Below are positions 9,268 to 16,216 of a stretch of 49,897 nt of DNA, one piece after another. Position 1 is the first letter of the stretch. Each line of letters starts with the position of its first letter. The stretch comes from Parcubacteria group bacterium 21-54-25 (GTDB lineage: Bacteria; Patescibacteriota; Minisyncoccia; Phycocordibacterales; Phycocordibacteraceae). The position numbers and the translations under genes are program-made. Location of the stretch: NCBI GenBank assembly GCA_002255585.1, contig NCBJ01000007.1:1-49897 (forward strand), in the 5' to 3' direction. The notes beneath the pieces were generated by a model. It did no database searches and was not told where the DNA came from. It was given only the letters and a program-made list of their open reading frames with translations.

Positions 9268-9317
9268 CAACGATAGTTGTTATCATGGAGATTATACTTC
9301 CGAAAATGTCACGGGTG

Positions 9318-9323
9318 TATAAT
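9318..9323 (+). promoter_or_regulatory. Candidate -10 box (TATAAT) upstream of the nitroreductase gene
   Basis: A perfect TATAAT preceded by TG, 18 nt upstream of the ATG at 9342. No good -35 is present. Confidence 0.3.
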
Positions 9324-9341
9324 CTATTCATTATTTATCCC

Positions 9342-10406
9342 ATGTCTATTTCGCGCGAGGTTTTACTTGAAATACTGCGAGATGCTTGCCGAGCACCGTC
9401 GGGAGACAATACGCAGCCATGGCGCTTTTTGGTGAAAAGAAATATTATTTATGTAATCAATACACCGGAGAAAGACACATCACTTTTTAATTGGCAACAA
9501 CGGACGAATTATATTGCTCTCGGTGCTTGCATTGAAAATTTGTGTGTGTCCGCCCTAGGCAAGCGGTTGCGCGCAAAAGTGGCACTCTTTCCAGAACACG
9601 CGGATCGTTTGATAGTAGCAGCGGTTACATTAACGCCTGAACGCTCGATGGGCAGCGGCCTTGTACCATACCTCGCGAAGCGTGCGAGCAACCGTAAAAA
9701 GTATTTGGAGAAAGAAGTCGAACCAGAGAAACTCTCCACGCTCGCGTCTTGTGTACATGATGATAAGAGTCGTCTCACTTTCATAACTGAACGGCCAAGT
9801 CTGGAAAGAGTTGCGCGTATCGTATCGGTGGGAGAGAGGCTTGCTCTCGAGAACAAATCAATACACGATTTCCTTTTCGCGCACATAACATGGAGCAAAG
9901 AAGAAGATTCCAAGAAGCACGGTTTTTTCATAGATACTTTTGAATTTGCACCGCCACAGAGAGTAGCTTTTCGGCTCTTCCGGCACTGGAATATTCTGAA
10001 ACTGTTTCTTTCGCTTGGTGTGTCGAAGGCGATCGTGAAAGATATAGAGAAAGTTCACGCAACCGCGGCAGCTTTTGGGGCTATTATCATTTCGAATGAA
10101 ACTCCGGAGGCGTTTCTTCAGGCTGGCATGGTACTCGAACGTCTTTGGCTCACCGCGACGAAGGCAGGGCTTTCGCTCCAACCAACAACGACTGTGCATT
10201 TTCTTGGCGCGCGTGTTTCTGCAGGTGATTCCGGAGGACTTTCTAGTGAACACCAGTCACTTCTGAAACAGAACTACGTCGCGCTTTCCCGTGAGTTTGG
10301 ATTGAATAGCTCGGAACGGTTCGGCTTTGTATTTCGTCTCGGTTACGCAGATCCGCCAAGCGCTATGACCACACGCTTTGAGCCGAAGGTATTATTCGAA
10401 GAGTAA
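9342..10406 (+). CDS. Two-lobed nitroreductase-fold FMN oxidoreductase (Acg-family-like)
   Basis: 'LRDACRAPSGDNTQPWRF', 'LGACIENL', 'RASNRKKY' and a second lobe 'GMVLERLWLTATKAGLSLQPTT' parallel the Acg/Rv2032 layout as I remember it. The ORF-track start at 9189 is an IS chimera. Confidence 0.75.
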   Translation: MSISREVLLEILRDACRAPSGDNTQPWRFLVKRNIIYVINTPEKDTSLFNWQQRTNYIALGACIENLCVSALGKRLRAKVALFPEHADRLIVAAVTLTPERSMGSGLVPYLAKRASNRKKYLEKEVEPEKLSTLASCVHDDKSRLTFITERPSLERVARIVSVGERLALENKSIHDFLFAHITWSKEEDSKKHGFFIDTFEFAPPQRVAFRLFRHWNILKLFLSLGVSKAIVKDIEKVHATAAAFGAIIISNETPEAFLQAGMVLERLWLTATKAGLSLQPTTTVHFLGARVSAGDSGGLSSEHQSLLKQNYVALSREFGLNSSERFGFVFRLGYADPPSAMTTRFEPKVLFEE

Positions 10407-10443
10407 AATATTTATCGGAGTGTTCTTCGGTTAGAATGGAGAA

Positions 10444-12057
10444 ATGGGAGCATTGACCAATCTCGATCTCTTTATTGTTGGTGTCGTAGTTGCCGCGACG
10501 CTGGTTCTTGGAGCGTCGGTTTATTTCAGCGATCGACAGAGCATCTCAAATAAGATGTTCCTCGGCTTTTCGTTGGTAACTGCGTCCTGGGGAGTAATTA
10601 ATTATCTCAGCTATCAATTTTCAAACCCGACGCTTACTATCTGGCTCTTACGCGGGATTTTATTTTTTGCGGTGTTTCAATCCCTGTTCTTGTATGAATT
10701 TTTTTCCGCGTTTCCCAGCAAAACCCGTACGTTTAGCTCACGCCATAAGTTTTTGTTACTTCCGTTGGTTGGTGTAGCAGCGCTTCTCACTCTTACCCCA
10801 TATGTTTTTATTGGAATAATTGGCACCGTTGAGCCTGGACAAGTCGCGGTTGTCCAGAAAGGCCCTGGGCTCATAATTTTTGCCATTATAGCAATTGGCT
10901 TGGTATCTCGAGCCTTATATATGCTGCTTCAGGCGTTTAGAGATTCGCGTGGCTCTGCTCGTCGCGCAATCGCAATAATTTTTTCTGGTACAGCGATAAC
11001 TTTTGTTCTTATTATTACGTTTAATTTCGTTATAGCCACTATTTTTACTAATCCGCGCTTCGTGCCCTTAGGGGCGCTCTTTGTTTTCCCGTTCGTAGCA
11101 TTTACTTCGTACGCTATCCTGCGCGAACATCTTTTCAATATAAAGGTCGCGACAACGGCTTCGCTTGTCTTTCTTCTTTCGGTTGCCTCTTTCGGAGAAA
11201 TAATCTTTTCAGACACTCTTCCACTCGTACTGTTTCGCACGAGCGTCTTCGTGCTCGTGCTTGTCTTCGGTATTAATCTTATTCGCGGCGTTCTGCGCGA
11301 GGTGGAACAACGCGAAAAAATCGAAAAACTTGCGAAAGAACTAGAAGAGACAAATCACCGGCAAGAAACGCTCATTCACTTCATTGGGCATGAGGTGAAA
11401 AGTTTCTTGACAAAGGATGTCGGCGCACTCTCTGTGCTCGCCGAAGGCGATTTTGGCGCTTTGTCGACGACGGGAGAGTCTTTTGTAGAAGATGCTTTGG
11501 CGCAAGCGCGCGAAGGCGTGCGCTCGGTGACGAGTATCCTGCAAGCAGCAAACCTCAAAAGAGGCACGGTTGCCTATCATAGGGCACCATTTGATCTCAT
11601 GACGGTTGTCAAGACGAGTTTCGCTGCGGCTCAAGGAGCTGCGAAAGAGAAGGGGCTTGTCTTTACACTTTCTATCGATCAGCGTGTCGAACCCTATACC
11701 ATCACAGGTGACGCAGACCAGCTCCGCGAGCACGTATTTCGTAACCTCATCGAAAATGCTATTGCATACACCCTCAAAGGAAGTGTTGCTGTTGCGCTTG
11801 GAAAAAATGATGCGGGCGCGATTGTTTTTGCGGTTAAAGATACCGGCGTGGGCATCACCGATGAAGACAAGCGGCGGCTTTTTACTGAGGGCGGGCATGG
11901 CAAGGATTCGCTCAAGGTAAATGCCCATTCTACTGGTTATGGCCTGTACATTGCAAAACAAATTGTCGATGCGCATGGTGGCACCGTTCGTGCCGAGAGC
12001 GAGGGGGCGGGGAAGGGCTCGACGTTTGTGGTGACACTGCCGTCATCGCGAGTGTGA
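10444..12057 (+). CDS. Sensor histidine kinase with a polytopic (about 7-8 TM) N-terminal domain
   Basis: HisKA 'FIGHEVKSFL' and HATPase_c 'DTGVGI...GYGLYIAKQIVDAHGG'. No response regulator gene lies nearby. Confidence 0.85.
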   Translation: MGALTNLDLFIVGVVVAATLVLGASVYFSDRQSISNKMFLGFSLVTASWGVINYLSYQFSNPTLTIWLLRGILFFAVFQSLFLYEFFSAFPSKTRTFSSRHKFLLLPLVGVAALLTLTPYVFIGIIGTVEPGQVAVVQKGPGLIIFAIIAIGLVSRALYMLLQAFRDSRGSARRAIAIIFSGTAITFVLIITFNFVIATIFTNPRFVPLGALFVFPFVAFTSYAILREHLFNIKVATTASLVFLLSVASFGEIIFSDTLPLVLFRTSVFVLVLVFGINLIRGVLREVEQREKIEKLAKELEETNHRQETLIHFIGHEVKSFLTKDVGALSVLAEGDFGALSTTGESFVEDALAQAREGVRSVTSILQAANLKRGTVAYHRAPFDLMTVVKTSFAAAQGAAKEKGLVFTLSIDQRVEPYTITGDADQLREHVFRNLIENAIAYTLKGSVAVALGKNDAGAIVFAVKDTGVGITDEDKRRLFTEGGHGKDSLKVNAHSTGYGLYIAKQIVDAHGGTVRAESEGAGKGSTFVVTLPSSRV

Positions 12058-12116
12058 CAGGCGTGCTTAGGGGCGCCGTTGAATGAGCACGCCGTTCGTA
12101 GTATCGTCTTGGTATT

Positions 12117-12193
12117 GCCGGTGTAGCTCAGGCAGTTAGAGCATGGGACTCATAAACCCAAGGTCGCAGGTGCAAGTCCTGCCGCCGGCACCA
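12117..12193 (+). tRNA. tRNA-Met (CAU), CCA encoded (a tRNA-Ile2 lysidine type cannot be excluded)
   Basis: The cloverleaf folds by hand. Acceptor GCCGGTG/CGCCGGC, anticodon loop CTCATAA, T-loop TGCAAGT (unusual G at position 55). Confidence 0.88.
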
Positions 12194-12248
12194 GTTTGAA
12201 AAAAAGCAGCATCTCGAGTACTCTAAGTCGGTCGCGCAAGCGGCTTCT

Positions 12249-12322
12249 GCGGTCGTAGCTCAACTGGTTAGAGCATCCGCCTGTCACGCGGAAGGTTGAG
12301 GGTTCAAGTCCCTTCGACCGCG
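12249..12322 (+). tRNA. tRNA-Asp (GUC)
   Basis: Acceptor GCGGTCG/CGACCGC, anticodon loop CTGTCAC, T-loop TTCAAGT. Confidence 0.9.
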
Positions 12323-12481
12323 CAGTAAGAAATATACAGTTCGTTTGGGCGAGTAAAATGAGAGGTTGAACTAAAATAGCTACGGTCGTGTGCTATGATG
12401 CGAAAATAAGATGTATAATCCGCACAGTTTTCACGAGCACAGCAAGGAAAAAAACGTAGTCCGCGCGGCGTTATTGATGCG

Positions 12482-12724
12482 GTGATGACAGGCATTGGTG
12501 CCATCGCTTCTGTTTCAAGCATTCCGCAAGTCATACAAATTTGGCAAACACATGTTGTTGCCGGTATTTCACTCACTACCGAGGTGGTTGCGTTCATAGC
12601 TGTGGTGTGCTGGTTTTTCTATGGATTGTATATTCGCAATAAGCCCCTCTGGATAACAAGCGGTCTTTCCTTGCTTGTGCTCGGCACCGTCGTGGCGCAA
12701 ATCATTTACTATTCTTGGTTTTGA
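12482..12724 (+). CDS. SemiSWEET-type (PQ-loop/MtN3) small transporter
   Basis: 80 aa with 3 predicted TM segments and the PQ motif 'SSIPQVIQIWQT'. Confidence 0.7.
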   Translation: MMTGIGAIASVSSIPQVIQIWQTHVVAGISLTTEVVAFIAVVCWFFYGLYIRNKPLWITSGLSLLVLGTVVAQIIYYSWF

Positions 12725-12805
12725 GGACTCTGACGCAAAAATAATGGAGCGGAACGAATGTGCGTAGTTCATGTTCGCCTTACAGCCGTCACCACGCGCA
12801 TTCAT

Positions 12806-12834
12806 TTGACAAATGGTGTGGTATTGGGTTCAAT
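12806..12834 (+). promoter_or_regulatory. Sigma70-like promoter for the 12880 gene
   Basis: TTGACA (12806-12811), 17-nt spacer, TTCAAT (12829-12834). A GAAGGAGG Shine-Dalgarno sequence follows before the ATG at 12880. Confidence 0.5.
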
Positions 12835-12879
12835 CTATTTTAGATTGTATTGTTACCCCAGCGCAGAAGGAGGGTGGCC

Positions 12880-13401
12880 ATGGACAAAATCATCAGTAGA
12901 CGATTTACCGATACCTCGATACTACCGCCGCCTGTATCCGGTGCGATCACGAGGTATCTGGGCGCACTGTCTCTCCGTGTCGTACCGGACATCCGTCTCG
13001 GCGAGTCGAATGCGGCGCAATATATGAAAAAGACAAGTATGTACGCGAGTGATGCCGCGAAGCACATGATGCATAACTCGGCGTTTACGTGTGTACCATC
13101 AGTACGCACCGCGTCACTACTCATCCTTCCCCGCGGCCTTGTGTTGCAGGAGGCGAAAACTTTGTTCAAACGGCTCACCTTTCTTCAATACTGTCCTTGT
13201 GAGGTGGGGCCAGCTGTACGGCTGCAATACCTGCAACCGTACGGCGAGCGCCTAGTCATCTGGCATCAGCCAATCGCCGACCAGTTATTTGTTGTCGAGA
13301 ACACAAGTCGCGGCGCGTGGATTTTGGGGAGCACCTTCGTGACCGCTTCCTTTCCGCCAAGCGCGCGCATTGTCGTTGCGCTTGCGACAGAAGGATATTA
13401 A
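12880..13401 (+). CDS. Hypothetical protein (173 aa)
   Basis: Good Shine-Dalgarno sequence (AAGGAGG), and a promoter and terminator bracket the ORF. No motif recognised. Confidence 0.6.
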   Translation: MDKIISRRFTDTSILPPPVSGAITRYLGALSLRVVPDIRLGESNAAQYMKKTSMYASDAAKHMMHNSAFTCVPSVRTASLLILPRGLVLQEAKTLFKRLTFLQYCPCEVGPAVRLQYLQPYGERLVIWHQPIADQLFVVENTSRGAWILGSTFVTASFPPSARIVVALATEGY

Positions 13402-13427
13402 GACGCTGCGTGTACGCGTCCTTCCAG

Positions 13428-13451
13428 GGCCCTCTTCAGAGGGCCTTTTTT
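13428..13451 (+). terminator. Intrinsic terminator
   Basis: GGCCCTC-ttca-GAGGGCC followed by TTTTTT. Confidence 0.65.
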
Positions 13452-13516
13452 ATACAGCACATCGTACGCGTGTGGTGTGCTGTGGTACACTACACACACG
13501 GCACTACCGGCATACT

Positions 13517-14281
13517 ATGAGCATCCTTTCTCGGTTTCAGACCATCGAAGACAGCGACAAGCAGCGTGCCGTGCACACGCTCGTCGAGCGGGCAACGCCC
13601 GATTTCGATTTCTTTTTCATGATCACGCTCTCGGTGTTTATGGCATCGTTTGGGTTGCTGCTTGGGAGTGAGACCATTGTCATTGGCAGCATGCTCATCG
13701 CCCCGCTCTTGTACCCGGTGCTTGGTGTCGCGCTTGGGCTGTCTATGTCCGACCCACCACTGTTACGGCAGTCATTGTGGACGGTCGTGAAAGCACTCCT
13801 TATCGCACTTAGTGCGTCTGCGCTTGCAGCGCTTTTTTTTATCGCAACGCACAGTGGCCGCTCCATTCCGCTTACTCCCACAATCATTGCGCAAACTGCA
13901 CCATCGTTATTTTGGTTACTTGTGGGGATTGTCGCTGGTATCGCCGTAACGTATGCACTCGTTCGGCCGAAACTTTCTGAAGCGTTGCCGGGCGTAGCTA
14001 TTTCAGTTGCGCTTATTCCACCCCTCGCCGCGGCAGGCATCGGCATCATTTCTCTCAATCTCTCGGTTGCACTTGGATCGCTCGCGACCTTTTTTGTAAA
14101 TGTGCTTGGTATTGTCGCTGCAGGTATGATGACTTTTTCGCTCATGGATGTGTATCGCCTGCGTACAACTGCTGAACGAACGCTTGCGCACGAGGCCGTA
14201 CGCGTCGCGCAGGAAACCGAGAAGGCAAAGGCCGTGGAGGAAGACGTAAAAGAGAATACGGGCGCTCAAAACTCCGCATAA
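13517..14281 (+). CDS. DUF389-family integral membrane protein
   Basis: 'FFFMITLSVFMASFGLLLGSETIVIGSMLIAPLLYPVLGVALGL' is the hallmark DUF389 segment. I prefer the ATG at 13517. Confidence 0.75.
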   Translation: MSILSRFQTIEDSDKQRAVHTLVERATPDFDFFFMITLSVFMASFGLLLGSETIVIGSMLIAPLLYPVLGVALGLSMSDPPLLRQSLWTVVKALLIALSASALAALFFIATHSGRSIPLTPTIIAQTAPSLFWLLVGIVAGIAVTYALVRPKLSEALPGVAISVALIPPLAAAGIGIISLNLSVALGSLATFFVNVLGIVAAGMMTFSLMDVYRLRTTAERTLAHEAVRVAQETEKAKAVEEDVKENTGAQNSA

Positions 14282-14413
14282 CCTTACGTATGCACACGGC
14301 GTGTTTTTTGTGTTCTGGACGACCCAGGGCGCGTTATACTATTTAGAGAGAGATCCCAGGCGGTCTCTCCACGGCCGTGGTCGAAATTAGTACACTCTAA
14401 TTTCTCAACTCTT

Positions 14414-14563
14414 ATGTGGCAAGATTGGGTAAACGGTATTCTTGGCCTCTGGGTCATCATCATGGCGTTAACCAGCTATACCACCAGCACGACAGTGGTG
14501 GTGGTGACCGGCGGGGTAATTGCCATCGTTGGTTTCTGGGGGGCTCTTCAAAAGAGCGCGTAA
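14414..14563 (+). CDS. Small 2-TM membrane protein (49 aa, SPW-repeat-like), below the ORF-track size cutoff
   Basis: MWQDWVNGILGLWVIIMALTSYTTSTTVVVVTGGVIAIVGFWGALQKSA*. Palindromes follow it. No Shine-Dalgarno sequence is visible. Confidence 0.4.
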   Translation: MWQDWVNGILGLWVIIMALTSYTTSTTVVVVTGGVIAIVGFWGALQKSA

Positions 14564-14593
14564 CGAGCTTACGCGTAAGCTCATTACACCCAT

Positions 14594-14635
14594 AAAAACA
14601 AAACCCTTTCCTGGGAAGGAAGGGGTTTTGTTTTT
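14594..14635. terminator. Bidirectional terminator between the small ORF and the Nramp-like gene
   Basis: AAAAACAAAACCC...GGGTTTTGTTTTT long hairpin with A/T runs on both sides. Confidence 0.6.
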
Positions 14636-14669
14636 ATGGTATTGGTGTAGGATTTCCTTACTAATAAAA

Positions 14670-16079
14670 CTAATAAAAGAGCGTCAGGATGGCGGCGACA
14701 CCGGAAATGAACATGACGACAGTTGTAACCCAACCGACCACAGTAAGACTGCGGGTGTTTTTGTGTCTGCCCATAATGTGCTTATTGTTGCTGATACGTA
14801 TAATGAAAAAAAGCACGATCGGTGCGATGACACCATTTGCCACCGCGGCATAGATGAGGCCGCGAATCGGGTCAAGGTGCATGAAGTCGGCGATAACGCC
14901 AACAACCATAGACACAATGATGACGCCGTAAAAAGCATAGGCCTGCTTAAGTTTACGATAGAGACCATAACGCCACCCAAAACTCTCAGCGATGGCATAG
15001 GCCGTCGATCCTGCGAGCACCGGAATGGCAAGAAGACCGGTACCGATGATACCGAGAGCAAATAGAAGATAGGCCAGCTCCCCGGAAAAAGGTTTTAACG
15101 CTGCCGCGGCGTCGGCGGCCGTTGCGATGTTCGTAACGCCATGCAGATATAGGGTGCCGGCGGTTGCCGCAAAGATGAAAAACGCAATGAGGTTCGAGAA
15201 GAACATGCCCGACCACACATCAACACGCATATCGCGAATCTCGCCATCGTTAACATTGCGTTGACGCAGCTTGACGGTCGTTTCGCCGTGGAGCACGCGC
15301 TCCTCCACTTCTTGCGACGTTTGCCAGAAGAAAAGGTACGGTGATATGGTCGTGCCGAGAATGGCCGCCAGGAGAAATATTTGATTTCTCGTGAACGAGA
15401 AAGAAGGGATAACGGTGTGGTAGAGCACGTCAGACCAATTCAGGTGCACCGCAAACGCGGTGACAACATACGACAAAAGCGCAAGCGTGAGATATTTAAG
15501 ATATTTTGCATAGCGCGCGTAGCTAGTGAAGATTTGCAGCACAAGACTCACCAGCGCAAACAGTACGACAAGCATTTCAGGATTTGCCGTCGGGGCAAGG
15601 AGTCGTACGCCCGCGGCCATCGCGCCCAAGTCGGCTGCAATATTGAGTGTATTTGCGATGAAGAGGAGACTGGTGACGGTGTAGAGCGTTGAAGGGGCAT
15701 AATGGCGCCGAATATTTGCCGCCAATCCGCGACCAGAAACTAACCCTATACGAGCGCACATTTCCTGGACGACCGCCATAAAAGGGAAGGTAAACAGCGT
15801 AAGCCAGGTAAGCTGGAAGCCGTATTGCGCACCGGCTTGTGAATAGGTGGCAATACCAGAGGGGTCGTTGTCCGCCGCGCCGGTCGTGAGACCGGGCCCC
15901 AGCTTACCCCAATACTCGCCGGCGCGGCGGACTGGACGATTATTCGTCAGGGCGCGCTTGCCACGTGTTATCGCGCCCACGCTTTTTTCTAACACTTCTG
16001 CAGGAGTGGCAAAAAGACGCTCGATACCTTTCTTTCGTCGTGTGGGCATGGTGGCGTGAGTTATTACAGTATACGACAT
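14670..16079 (-). CDS. SLC11/Nramp-family transporter with non-canonical metal-site motifs
   Basis: 'GPGLTTGAADNDPSGIATYSQAGAQYGFQLTWL' carries DPSG where canonical proteins have DPGN. 'LGTTISPY' replaces 'GATVMPH'. About 11 TM segments. Confidence 0.85.
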   Translation of the reverse strand: MSYTVITHATMPTRRKKGIERLFATPAEVLEKSVGAITRGKRALTNNRPVRRAGEYWGKLGPGLTTGAADNDPSGIATYSQAGAQYGFQLTWLTLFTFPFMAVVQEMCARIGLVSGRGLAANIRRHYAPSTLYTVTSLLFIANTLNIAADLGAMAAGVRLLAPTANPEMLVVLFALVSLVLQIFTSYARYAKYLKYLTLALLSYVVTAFAVHLNWSDVLYHTVIPSFSFTRNQIFLLAAILGTTISPYLFFWQTSQEVEERVLHGETTVKLRQRNVNDGEIRDMRVDVWSGMFFSNLIAFFIFAATAGTLYLHGVTNIATAADAAAALKPFSGELAYLLFALGIIGTGLLAIPVLAGSTAYAIAESFGWRYGLYRKLKQAYAFYGVIIVSMVVGVIADFMHLDPIRGLIYAAVANGVIAPIVLFFIIRISNNKHIMGRHKNTRSLTVVGWVTTVVMFISGVAAILTLFY

Positions 16080-16125
16080 GTGTGCTCGGCTTGTGGCCGC
16101 GCGTAAACGATTTCAATGCGAGCGC

Positions 16126-16169
16126 AACTTGAGTTCAACTTGAGTTCAACTTGAGTTCAACTTGAGTTC
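16126..16169. repeat. Perfect tandem repeat, 4 x 11 bp (AACTTGAGTTC)
   Basis: Read directly from the sequence. The unit equals the outermost nucleotides of the IS30-like terminal IR. Confidence 0.95.
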
Positions 16170-16183
16170 AACAAGTAATTGCA
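16161..16183. mobile_element. Solo 23-nt tip of the IS30-like terminal inverted repeat
   Basis: CTTGAGTTCAACAAGTAATTGCA is identical to 9143-9165 and to the reverse complement of 45024-45046. Confidence 0.75.
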
Positions 16184-16216
16184 TTTCGGCTTGTTTTGTG
16201 GTGTACTGATTGTATT

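Noticed and set aside
9189-9341. N-terminal 51 codons of the 405-aa ORF 9189..10406 (MAHKQLSVEEREEIQQVSCAMKEVQ...)
   Set aside because: The first 16 codons are the start of the IS30 transposase and the following codons come from the IS3 right end. The ORF is an accidental in-frame read-through of an IS scar. The nitroreductase homology begins at the ATG at 9342.
14282-14413. Possible riboswitch or leader upstream of the small membrane-protein ORF (three consecutive hairpins: GAGAGA...TCTCTC, CCACGGCCGTGG, AAATTAG...CTAATTT)
   Set aside because: It resembles no riboswitch class I know, and the downstream ORF is itself uncertain. I did not promote it to a finding.
16126-16169. CRISPR-like or minisatellite interpretation of the 11-bp tandem array
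   Set aside because: The units are contiguous with no spacers, each unit is only 11 bp, and there are only 4 of them. The unit is the tip of the IS30 inverted repeat. No cas genes are present in the window.
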